This document shows, in pieces, positions 53,508-64,000 of a stretch of DNA of 64,000 nt; the first letter of the stretch is position 1; each line of letters opens with the position of its first letter. Position numbers and translations under genes: made by a program. This stretch comes from Eledone cirrhosa. Taxonomy: Eukaryota. The notes beneath the pieces are model-generated. The model did no database searches. It was not told the DNA's origin and saw only the letters and a program-made list of their open reading frames with translations. The DNA lies in contig OZ024758.1 in the NCBI GenBank assembly GCA_964016885.1, positions 24,552,001 through 24,616,000 on the forward strand, written 5' to 3'.

Positions 53508-54338
53508 AGACATAAAAGATGTAGTGGGATCACAAGTAAGCTAACTAAGAATATAGATTTTATATGTGGCCGGTGCTCTGGTGCAATAAGTAGCAGCAAG
53601 TGCCCACAAAATACTAGCTCATTCCATTGCACAGATGGTTCTATAGAAATAGTGGACATCCGTTACCTGGGTGACAAAATCAGCAGTTGGGGAGGGTACT
53701 CTGAAAGTACAGTAGCTAGAGTCAGAACGGGATGGAAAAAGTTCAGAGAGCTTATACCACTATTGGCCGCTAAAGGGTTCTCTCTAAAAATGAAAGGCAG
53801 GCTGTATGATGCCTGCATACGAACAGCAATGATACATGGCAGTGAGACCTGGGCATTGTGTGCAGAAGATATATACAGACTGGAGAGGAACAAAGCTTGC
53901 ATGCTCCACTGGATGTGTAATAGTAATATACATGAACGGCAAAGCATAAACAAACCAAGGGAGAAATTAGGAATAAGAGGCGTCAGATGTCGTTTACTCG
54001 AGAGAAGACTACGTTGGTACGGTCACGTGATGCGCATGAAAGACAACAGCTGTATAAAAAAGTGCAGGTCGATAAAAATAGACGGTAGCCACGGAATAGG
54101 CAGACCCAGAAAAACCTGGGACGACTTGATAAATTCCGACCTCACACCTCTCCAAAACAATGTCACTGGACCGAGATCTTTGGCGCTACACAGTAATACA
54201 GAAGACCCGCCTTGCCTAAGTACAAAGCGAAACCTAGTCAGTAGCCACCTCTAACAAAAACACCCAGCACTCAGCACTCACTGTAAATGAGGTTGGCGTT
54301 AGGAAGGGCATCCAGCTGTAGAAATCAAGCCAGAATCA
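53508..54338 (+). mobile_element. 5'-truncated RTE A2 copy starting inside the PHD finger
   Basis: HKRCSGITSKLTKNIDFICGRCSG...YLGD...HGSETW...RLRWYGHV. Confidence 0.92.
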
Positions 54339-54407
54339 ATTCAATTCCAGTCTTGGCAGCCTGGAATTGAACCATCAGCACAGTTGAGGTATGTCATACA
54401 TCAATTT

Positions 54408-54479
54408 ATGTATTTTATCTGATGAGGACGTACTGAAAAAACAGCACAGTACCTCCAAAATATATATAATAAAATATAT
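54408..54479 (+). ncRNA. Type I hammerhead-like motif with GAAA changed to AAAA (second copy)
   Basis: atgtattttat-CTGATGA-ggacgtactg(aaaaaacagca)cagtacctcc-AAAA-tatata-TA-ataaaatatat. Confidence 0.65.
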
Positions 54480-54689
54480 TTTGATTACGTGAACGTCTAC
54501 ATTTATTAATATTTTGAATTAATATTAATAATTCCAGAAAACCTAACTGTTGAGTGCTTCTAATCTATTGTAAAACTATATTCATTGATTAATCAATGAA
54601 CCTTGTTTAACTTTTGGTTATATATATATATATATATATACATACACACACATATATATATATATTATATAATTAAATAGCAAGCAAAA

Positions 54690-54880
54690 AGGGCGGTGGA
54701 TTGGCAGTATCGGTGGAGGGACGGGCGCCATACTTTCCAGCATAGTTATGTCCCTTTACGATCTGAGTTCAAATCCCGCCGAGGTTGACTTTGCCTTTCA
54801 TCCTTACGGGGTCGATAAAATAAAGTACCAGTAATGCACTGGGTAATTGCTGGCCTTGTGCCTAAAGTAGAAACAATTAT
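54690..54880 (+). mobile_element. Family S2 SINE; an inverted partial copy follows at 54965-55095
   Basis: Consensus match. Confidence 0.88.
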
Positions 54881-55091
54881 ATAATTAAATAGCTTTGTAG
54901 CATACATAGAACACTATTCTTTCCTTTACCCTTCCTACGGAAATACTTCATATATATATATATACGATTTGAGGGAAAGTCGATTAGATCGACCACGGAA
55001 CATTACTGGTACTTTATGATATCGACTCCGTAAGGATGAAAGGCAAAATTAACCACGACAGGATTTGAACTCAGAACGTAAAGGGGCGTAA

Positions 55092-55126
<35 letters not shown>

Positions 55127-55189
55127 ATATCATATAATGAAATTATTGTGTAAAGTGCTCAGGTGCACTACAACTCGTCAATATATATA

Positions 55190-55583
55190 CGAGGGCAATC
55201 CCAAAACTAAGGTCTCCTTCCGATATTGCAACTTTTCCGTTAAAATCCTGTGGATGGTGCTTCGGGAAACCTCAGGAACCAAAATGCAGGGAGCATCCAG
55301 AGTGATCCGCCGATCTTTACGCATGTTTTCCTCGGAAGGAGACCTTACTTTTGGGATTGCCCTCGTATGTAATAACTGCGCGAAATTCGCACTTGGCGGT
55401 AGCGTTCAACGGGAGCTCCATTCTCAACGGCTGCCAAGCCAAGATTGAGCATTCCAGCTAAGCGCGCGCATGCTTGATTGGGAGTGAAGGAAGCACCAAT
55501 CACAACAGTGTTGCCAACAGCCGTACGAACAGTTTCTCTGCGTCCCCATCGCTTTGGATACCTTACTTTTGGGATTACCCTCG
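55190..55583. mobile_element. Mariner-type MITE cluster with three TIRs
   Basis: TA|cgagggcaatcccaaaactaagg ... ccttacttttgggattgccctcg|TA (ends 55365) and again ccttacttttgggattaccctcg|TA (ends 55583). Confidence 0.85.
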
Positions 55584-55669
55584 TATATACATGCATACAC
55601 ATGGTGTCTAACCCTTGCTAGCAAGCAAAATTGAGGTTAAATAATGTATACACATACAATATATACATA

Positions 55670-55932
55670 TAAGTAAAAAAAAAAAAAAACAGTAACTAAG
55701 AGTACAGTACAAACAGTGTTGGTATTAGGTTCACGCTTGAGAGTAGAGGGGGGGGGGGCGTTTCGGGCATAAACCCTTCATCAGGAGAAAAGTGGGAAGG
55801 AAAAGAGTTCCGAGGGTGTAAGGAGAGTGATGAAAAGACATTAAAAATTAATACAAAATTTTCATAAACAAAAGAAAAAATAAACAGAAGAATCATAAAC
55901 AAAAAAAATCGGAGACTGAAAGAGAAAAAGTT
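55670..55932 (-). mobile_element. Penelope-like terminal fragment with hammerhead core remnant
   Basis: Reverse strand CTGATGA-agggtttatgccc-GAAACG at 55759-55784; stem III and stem I disrupted by a C run. Confidence 0.6.
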
Positions 55933-57136
55933 ATATATATATATATATAAATTTAAGTAAGTAAGTAAAAGATTTTTTAAAAAATTTTTTAAAAAATATT
56001 TTCTTATTTTACGTCTTTTATATTATTGTTCTGCACCCTCCTGCATTGAACCACCTAGGTACTATGACATAACCTGTGTATTTGCTGGCATGGACGTGCA
56101 TCTGTGCGCCTATGTTAGTTGATATATTAAATTATCTATATATATATATATATATATAGTGGTGTATTCCTCAAGGTACAGCTGCAAACTACAAAAAAAA
56201 AATTTTTTTCTGAAAATGATGAACGTCTGCACTTCCAAAAATGATAGGAGCAATAAATAGACTCACTATTTAGCCTTAATAAAATCAATATATATATCTT
56301 CCCGACAACAGGTAAGGGGTGGCACAAATACCGGATTGAAGATAACGACTTTAGCTTTTACACCTACCACCCTTCTTCTAATGACCTAATGCTGAAGCCT
56401 GGCACATTACTGCACCAGTTCCTGCAATTCTTGCAGTTAATTCAACCTACTTACCTTCTATCACTCGTGAAAACGGCCCCCAGGATACTGGAACTTCTGC
56501 ACTTACATTAGAATGCATAAATCTCAGTTCTCGCTAGTATATAGATATATATGTGTGTGTGTGTGTGTGAGAGAGAGAGAAAGAGAGAGGAGGGGAAGAG
56601 AGAGAGAGACGGGGGGAGGGGAAGAGAGAGATTGCAATACATTTTTTGAAGAACAGTTTTTATCATAAATACAATTTAATTTAGTTGTTTGGCATCATAT
56701 CAACCCTGATAAAAGATATTCCAACCGTAACCATCGTTATTTTTCTTCTGATATAGTGTGTGTGAGGGGGGGGGGGGGGGGGGTAATACCTGAGGGATAT
56801 TTGGCTGCTACTTCTAGCAGATTGATCGACCATGTAGAAGCTCCTTTATTGACTTCAGTATCTTTTATTTTCAAAGACATTTTTGTCAGTTCTATGAACA
56901 TTGTACAAACACCCAACTGAAGAATGAAAAGTTGCAACAGTCATAATTTTCTTAAAGGAATTATTAGCAACTTTTCGTTAGTATTAAAATAAGTCTGATA
57001 GGTTATTTATTTGCATAAGTCAAGCTCTCGTAACTATGTTTTTAATAGTTATTCATACTGCAGAGAATGATTTTTTTTTAAATGCCTACATACTTAAACA
57101 AAAGCTAAAAGCGACAAATAAACACCGTAAACTAAT

Positions 57137-57333
57137 TCAAAAGTTGCGGTGTTTCCTAAACCGGAAATGACGTAATACCCCGAACGTGGTTACCGCGGTT
57201 ACACTTCCGATACAATTTAATTTTAACCATGTCGTCAAAAGTTGCGGTGTTTCCTAAACCGGAAATGACGAAATACCCCCAAACGTTGTTACCGCGGTTA
57301 CATTTCCGATACAATTTAGTTTTAAACATGGCG
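57137..57333 (+). promoter_or_regulatory. Duplicated TMEM231 proximal promoter/start region (98-99 bp x2)
   Basis: Each copy has ccggaaat (ETS-like), tgacg, gttaccgcggttac (X-box-like), ttccg and an ATG. Confidence 0.65.
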
Positions 57334-57466
57334 ATCTGGGAGGTATTTTCACATGCTCAATTACATCGATACAGAAGTCCTGTCACTTCTGTAGCATCAC
57401 TTGTACAGTTTTGTATCTCTATTTTAGCATATATTGTACCTTTTGTGCTAATTTACTCACAAACTA
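57328..57466 (+). CDS. TMEM231: Transmembrane protein 231, exon 1
   Basis: MAIWEVFSHAQLHRYRSPVTSVASLVQFCISILAYIVPFVLIYSQT resembles the recalled human MALYELFSHP...LTYIPPLLVAF; aaacATGGCG start, donor A|gtaagc, 139 nt. Confidence 0.92.
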
Positions 57467-58019
57467 GTAAGCTCTGTTGTCTTCATTGTTAAATTATCAA
57501 GTTCATTTAATTCATATACGATAAGTTTTCGCTTAGATTGCGTGTGCTATTCAATTTTGTTTCATTTGCTTCTCCTTGCCAACGACATAACTTCTTGTTT
57601 CTTTCCTATTTAAGTTTAACTTTGCTTCTCGTTGTTATGCCCATCTGGGAGGCATCGATACTCAGAAGAGAATCATCTCTACCTTTGTTGGTATGAGTCT
57701 AATTACCCTTACTAGGTACCAAATGACCATACTTAAGATATATACTTATCATATAAATGTGGAGCATTAAGACTCATTAAAATGTAAGGCTCAACAAGGG
57801 ATATTTCAACGATCCACCTTTACTTCTCGAAAAAAAAAAAAAAAAATACTTAGTAGGATGCATTGCATGCTGATGTATGGAGAGAATTATCAAAAGTCGC
57901 TTCTCCTATATATTTGCGCTATATCAGCCACTCTTTCTCACAGCCCTCCCTCTCCTTCAGGCAGGATGCATTCTACCCAACATTGCGGAGGAAAACAGCG
58001 GGGGGGGGGGGGGGGGGGG

Positions 58020-58450
58020 GCTAAACTCGCTGTATTCAATTCAGTACTCGTGCCAACTCTTACTTATGGTTATGAATCTTGGGTAATGACCGAAAGAATA
58101 CGATCGGGAATACAAACAGCCGAAATGGGTTTCCTGCGAAGGATCACTGGGGTAACGTTACTCGATAGAGAGGGTAGCTCGGAGATTAGGGAGTTGCTCC
58201 AGGTAGAACCGCTACTTCTCCGAATTAAGAGATCGTAGCTCCGATGCTATGAGCATGTGGTTTGAATGTCTCAAGAAAGAATTTCTGGACTGATTTTACG
58301 GGCAAAACTAACCGGCAGCAGACCCACGGGTAGACCCTGAGGAAGCCCGGATCCAGTTGGATTAGTTTGAGACTTGTTTCTGACAGGACCCACTGGAAGG
58401 AATATTTGAGAACTCTGCCCTAACGATCCTCCTCGGAATAATTGGGTGAA
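58020..58450 (+). mobile_element. Expander/Rex3-like RTE fragment in TMEM231 intron 1
   Basis: KLAVFNSVLVPTLTYGYESWVMTERIRSGIQTAEMGFLRRITGVTLLDR...EPLLLRI. Confidence 0.85.
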
Positions 58451-58569
58451 GAAAAAGAAGAGTTAGACGTTGTCGAATACACTGGATGAGCCCTTACTGG
58501 CTGCAGGCTGCTTCACAAGATTTGAACTGCAATCAGGAAGAGCAACTCAGCAAACTTAGTTTTAAACTA

Positions 58570-58985
58570 TTCATCATCATCATCATTATCATTTTACGTC
58601 CGCTTTTCCCTGCTTGCAAGGATGGGACGGGAACTGATTCTGGCTTGATTTCTACCGCTGGATGCCCTTCTTAACACCAACCTCATTTACAGTGAGTGCT
58701 GGGTGCTTTTTTTTTCCGTGGCGCCTACACTTCCACTTTACAGTGAGTGCTGGGTGCTTTTTTTGCCATGGCACCTCCACAACCACTTTGCAGTGGAATG
58801 ATATGGACCCCAGTCCTATCATCTCATTTTTACAGCTGAGTAAACTGGAGCAATGTGAAATAAAGTGTCTTGCTCAAGGAAACAACGCATCACCCGGTCT
58901 GAGAATTGAACTCACAACCTTTCGATTGCAAGGTCAATGCTCTAACCACTAAGCCATCTACTATCTTCACTAAGCCATGTGCCTA
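58570..58985 (-). mobile_element. Family S1 SINE in intron 1
   Basis: Reverse complement match to consensus. Confidence 0.9.
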
Positions 58986-59044
58986 TTACAAACTATAATC
59001 ACCACATCAAATTATGATACACACACAAACAGAAAATAAAATAC

Positions 59045-59610
59045 TAACAACATAAAGCATGGCTTGGAAGCTGCAGGCTTCCCCTCCCAGCTCGAGCTGG
59101 TGGGGCTGGACCGAAGGGATGGCAAAAGGCCAGATGGCACGACCATTTTCCCATTCACCAGTAATAAACCCCTCGTCTGGGATGCCACATACAGCGGCAA
59201 CCTGGTTTTCAGGCTGAGGGGGGATAAACTCTCGAAGTATCGATCACTCTCCGACAGGTTTGCAGTCAAGCCCCTAGTAGTGGAGACTTCTGGTGTCCTT
59301 GACCCTAGAGCTACCTTCCCTACTCTCCACCATAGGCGCTGAGCTGGCCAGCCGCAGGTGTGAGCCTCGTGAGATGGAATGCCTCTTCCAGCACATACCC
59401 CTTACCATTTTCCAGGGAAACGCCTTCTCTCTCGCAGGGGCTGTGGAGTGGCCAGCGCGTGAGACCCCATTTGCTCATAATAGGGAGGGCGAGAGTAATA
59501 GAGGTGATGACAGTGGGAGTTCGGCTCCTCTGTATTCAGACCTGGTGTACGTGTACATGTATGTTTACTTCTATTCATTCGATATTTAGGTACTGTATTA
59601 TATTTGTATT
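59045..59610 (+). mobile_element. CRE-clade-like non-LTR element 3' end with restriction-like endonuclease relic
   Basis: DGKRPDGTTIFPF...PLVWDAT...KLSKY...PLVVETSG and LFQHIPLTIFQGNA in shifted frames. Confidence 0.75.
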
Positions 59611-59684
59611 GTTTAAAGACAAAACCTTTCCACAAACAAAATATATTGTCAGATTTTATTTTAGTTTATTTTGTATTTTTTCAG

Positions 59685-59854
59685 ACTTTTGGATTCTTGA
59701 AGCTCGTTACAGAGAACAACCGAATATTGTATTTAAAAAGGAGTTCATTTATGTTTTATATACTTCTCGTGGTCCTCAGCCATATATGACATACAGCACT
59801 TTTGACAAATACAACAAATTACAACAAAAAGCACTTCGGATTCCGCTGATAAGA
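59685..59854 (+). CDS. TMEM231: Transmembrane protein 231, exon 2
   Basis: ttttttcag acceptor, AGA|gtaaga donor, 170 nt phase 1 to 0; FWILEARYREQPNIVF...YSTFDKYNKLQQKALRIPLIR resembles human FWLKRSSYEEQPTVRF...WSTF...LRVPLVS. Confidence 0.95.
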
Positions 59855-60107
59855 GTAAGACTTATGTTTATGACAGCACAAGATAAATATATTCAACTAG
59901 TGTTGCTGGCTTATTGGATGCCCCTTCATATAAGACACCCCCTGGTTTTTACAAAGACATTTAAAAAGAATAAGAATTTTAGTATATTTCTTCATAAATT
60001 TATAAAAAATTATTTCAATGTTTTTTTCCAGAAACCCTTGTATAAGTTCGACATCATTTTGCTTATATAAATTCTATTGTATTACTGTATTAGTAATACT
60101 AATAGTG

Positions 60108-60447
60108 AAGGTGGCTTAGTGGTTAGAGCATCAGGTTTACAATCGTGAGGTTGTGAGTTTCATTCTCAGACTGGGTTTTGTATTGTGTTCTTGAGCAAGA
60201 CACTTTATTTCACATTGCTCCAGTTTACTCAGCTGTAGAAATGAGTTGCAATGTCACTGGTGACAAGCTGTATCGGCCATTGCCTTTCCCTTGGACAATA
60301 TCGGTCGTGCAGAGAGAGGAGACTGGTATGCATGGGCGACTGCTGGTCTTCCACAAACAATGTTGCCCGGACTTGTGCCTTGGAGGGGAACTTTCTAGGT
60401 TCAAATCCCATGGTCAGTCGTGACCGAAGGGGTCTTTATCCTTACCC
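60108..60447 (+). mobile_element. tRNA/CORE SINE with a different tail in intron 2
   Basis: tggcttagtggttagagc head and the same core; related fragment at 15320-15440. Confidence 0.8.
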
Positions 60448-60731
60448 TTTAATACTAATAGTAAACAAACTAAATATTTTTAACCATGATTGTCCTCACT
60501 CTCCATTCAGCGTTCCATTGGTGATATCGCCATATTGGACACAGGGAATAATTTTTATATGTTTAGGGTAAAAAATATATTCCATCCAATAGGCCGACAA
60601 ATACAGTATTTCATCATCATCATCATCATCATCGTTTAACGTCCATCTTCCATGCTAGCATGGGTTTGATGGATGGTATTTAGTTTTTGTAATTAGTTTA
60701 TTTCATAAAATCTCATTGTAAAATTTTGCAG

Positions 60732-60860
60732 TCAATGGAAGAAGACAAAAATGAAGATAAAAGGTTGGATAACTTACAGCTGACCATGGAAGTACCAATA
60801 TATGATTCAGAAGATGTCTTTGGCATTGAACTGTTACTTCTTTTCCATTATGAATTGAAA
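60732..60860 (+). CDS. TMEM231: Transmembrane protein 231, exon 3 (gene continues beyond the window)
   Basis: ttttgcag acceptor, AAA|gtaagt donor, 129 nt phase 0-0; SMEEDKNEDKRLDNLQLTMEVPIYDSEDVFGIELLLLFHYELK resembles human TREEDRNQDGKTD...GVQLILTFSY. Confidence 0.93.
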
Positions 60861-62044
60861 GTAAGTTCAATATTAACCATTGCATGTCATTGAAATTAGA
60901 AACATTTAAACCAGCCATATCCAGCCAGAATTCTCTCACCTCTTTCTGTTCAAACCGGCTGTAACCGGCTGCTCATACTGTCGTTCTCAAAATAAATAAC
61001 ATCAAAATCTCATAGATTTTGATAGTATGTGAGATAATTATGTAAGATTAAGCCTTTACCACAAAAATACAATAGTATATATATAGAATAATGTAAATGC
61101 TAAAAGGTTAAACTGGCCGTATCTGGCCAGAATTCTCTCACCTCCTCCTGTTCAAACCAGCTGCTTATACTGACGTTAAGATATTGTTCTCAAAATAAAT
61201 AACCTCAAAATCTCGTAGATTCTATAGTATGTGAGATAATTATGTAAGGTAAAGCCTTTACTACAAAAATACAATAGTATATATATATATAGAGTAATGT
61301 AAATGCTAAAGTGTTAAAGTCAATTAATTATCTTACAGTTACCTCCCCTTAGAACAAGATCATAACCTACACTAGTAACAATGTGTTAATATGTATGTAA
61401 AAGTGAATGATTGATGGACTACATTTTGGAATTCACTATATTAGATCAAGTGGATATTCATGCAAGATTCTCTATGCTTTATCTTGGTCAATTATGACAA
61501 ATTAGTTTACAGTTAAAGATAATTAGTCTTTAGCTGGCTCTATTGAACATAGCAGTTATGAAAGAATACTATAGGGAATGATCAAAGCAACGAATTGTCA
61601 GAGTCGTTAGAACGTCAGATAGAATGCTTTGCGGCATTTTGTTTCGGTTCTCTGCACTCTGAGTTCAAATCTCGCTGAGGTCAGCTTTGCCTTTCATCCA
61701 TTCGAGGTTGATAAAAAAGTTCCAGTCTAGTACAGGGCTCGGTTCTTCCTTTATATCTCTTTCTCACTTCCATTCTCTCACTTTCTATCTTTCTTTGGAA
61801 GAAATCTGCTGTATTCAGGCCTGGATAGGGATGGGCTCCGTCAGGTTTTAAAATGCACAAGAAACGCTGTATGTCACAATGGTGCCCCTATGACTACCCC
61901 CAAGAGATATAGGATCATGTATGCATAGGGATTTATTAAAAAAAAGTTCCTAAAATTTGTGCTTAAGTTCAGGAATATTTTAGTGCCTTACAGTTTATCT
62001 AGCAACACTCAGGCCATTTGGTCCAAACTTCTGATATAAAATAA

Positions 62045-62272
62045 TAATAATAATTGTTTCTTATATAGGCACAAGGCCAGCAATTTTGAGGGGAGGGGAA
62101 AGTCGATTAAATCGACCCCAGTGCGTGACTGGTACTTTATTTTATCAACCCTGTAAGGATGAAAGGCAAAGTTAACCTCGGCGGGATTTGAACTCAGTCC
62201 ATAAAGGGTCGTAACTCTTTGCTGCAAAGTATGGCCTGCGACCCTCTACCGATACTGCCAATCCACCACCCT
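62045..62272 (-). mobile_element. Family S2 SINE
   Basis: Reverse complement match to consensus. Confidence 0.85.
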
Positions 62273-62543
62273 ATAGTATAGTACATAGAATAATGTACAA
62301 ATGTCAGGAAAATGAACAGTGTATGAGTCATGATATGCATGTGTGCGTGTGTATGGAGGGGGATATCAGGTGTAGCGTTGGCGAATTTCAGGAAACAAGG
62401 GGGTTTTAAAGGATGTATTGTCTCGGCAGCTAACAACTGAGTGTGAAAAAAATGTTTCCGAAAGTCATGGGAGCTGTGCTATCAACAAGTTTAGTAACTA
62501 TTTGACAAGCTACTGGTTAACTTCCAACAACTATAGTATAGAT

Positions 62544-62699
62544 CAGCAGTTGCCAATCTTTTGGACCTCGCAAACCACTAAATTCATAATTTAAAATCCC
62601 ACAGATCACTAATATGAATTTTTTTAAAAAGATAAACACATTAAAATTTTTCTGCAGACCACCAAAATTTTCTCATGGACCACTGGTTGGTGACCGCTG
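62544..62699. mobile_element. hAT-type MITE
   Basis: TIRs cagcagttgccaa / ttggtgaccgctg; 8-bp TSD gtatagat / atatagat; internal gaccac subterminal motifs. Confidence 0.75.
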
Positions 62700-63099
62700 A
62701 TATAGATCATCACCCTACTAGTTATCAATATTCAACACTCTATCAAATACCAAGATACTAGCAATCAACATCAAATCCTCAGCCTACAACTCAGCAAAAA
62801 CCATTTATTTTAAAAACTATTTACTATGTTACGCCACCTAAATTCAATAGTATGCCAGCCTATCAGCCAAAGTGTTGAGGTGCATATCCTCTCCTTGCAC
62901 TGTTCCCTGACCCTGGCAATGTATTATTATATCAATTGTAATGTCATCAAAATACTGTATTTTGTTACCTTACTGTGCTAAGCTCAAATTCATCCTATCT
63001 ATTTATCTGTCTATCAGCACACAGGCACACCTGCACACACACACAGATACACATACACTGACACGCATATACACACATATTGAAGACAGGTTATGAAAC

Positions 63100-63775
63100 T
63101 CATCATCATCGTTTCACGTCCACTTTTCCCTGCTTGCAAAAGTGGGACAGGTCCTATTCAGCATCTGTCCATTCATCACGGTTCTTCATCATCTCCGTGA
63201 GCTTCAGCAATCTGAGGTCAGCTCTCACCATCTCCACCCGTGATTTTCGTGGTCTTCCTCTGCTGCTTCTTCCTTCCACTGGGATTTCTTGCCACTTCTT
63301 TACCCAGCGGTCATCCTCCATGCACATCACATGTCCATACCATCTCAGTCTTCTCTCCCGCACACTACAACTTATCCCTTTTATGCACAGTTTCTCTCTC
63401 AACTCATCTATGCTTGGTCGTTCACGCACATTGACATTGCACATCCATTGGAGCACGCTTGCTTCATTTCTCTCCAGCTGTCGCATATCCTTTGCAGTTG
63501 CAGTCCATGTCTCACTACCATTCAGCATCGCGCATCTCACACAGGCATCATATAACCGGCCTTTCGTACGCAGGGAGAAACTCTTCTTTGTCAACAGAGG
63601 AAGCAGCTCCCTAAACTTCTTCCAATCCGTCCTTATTCTAGACATTATGGCCTCAGAGCACCCTCCTCCCTTGCTAATCTGATTACCTAGGTACTGGAAG
63701 CTATCAACCACATCTATAGATCTTACTTGCATTTCAAAAATGTGTTAATCACTGCAACTTCTGCTGTCAAAAAGA
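63100..63775 (-). mobile_element. 5'-truncated RTE subfamily B copy in intron 3
   Basis: VVDSFQYLGN...GSETW...RLRWYGHV...GRPRK, (GAT)n tail. Confidence 0.9.
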
Positions 63776-64000
63776 ATTTGAGGAAAGTTTATATACAAAA
63801 TACTATCTATCTCTCTGTCTATCTATTTATTACTCTTGCTCGATGGGACTGGAGTCATCCTGGTCAATGGTCCCAGAAGCATATTCTTGCGTAGAGCTGA
63901 CCGAGTCCACCAGTGCCCTCCACCACTGGCAGTCCTCTGCCAGCCCCTCTTCATCCTCCAAGGTGACATCAAGCCTCTAGAGATCTTCTTTAATCATGTC

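Noticed and set aside
26658-53520. 5' truncation points clustering in the PHD-coding segment (three copies)
   Set aside because: Breakpoints differ, other copies truncate elsewhere, and the sample is too small
59360-60070. 236-aa ORF as a single-exon gene
   Set aside because: Only 59685-59854 is coding (TMEM231 exon 2); the flanks are intron and retroelement sequence

Overview
Eukaryotic, AT-rich and microsatellite-laden DNA. The SINE/LINE complement points to a coleoid cephalopod, most likely an octopod (inference). Almost all long ORFs in the track are microsatellite artefacts. Host coding sequence is sparse: exons 1-3 of TMEM231 (57328-60860, +), whose start region is tandemly duplicated, and 2-4 candidate exons of an unidentified + strand gene with a TSEK repeat (5.7-23 kb). 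The rest is mobile DNA: one RTE-type LINE with an uninterrupted APE-RT frame carrying a C4HC3 PHD finger inside the RT region; many truncated copies of three related subfamilies, mostly in (TA)n tracts; CR1, CRE and Expander-like relics; two main tRNA-SINE families; hAT, mariner and TTAA MITEs; and many satellites derived from these elements. Most notable: several short (TA)n-associated elements carrying minimal type I hammerhead ribozymes, a related family ending in a ~115-nt palindrome whose arms co-vary between copies, and the PHD-containing RT. All calls were made by eye without searches; repeat boundaries are approximate.
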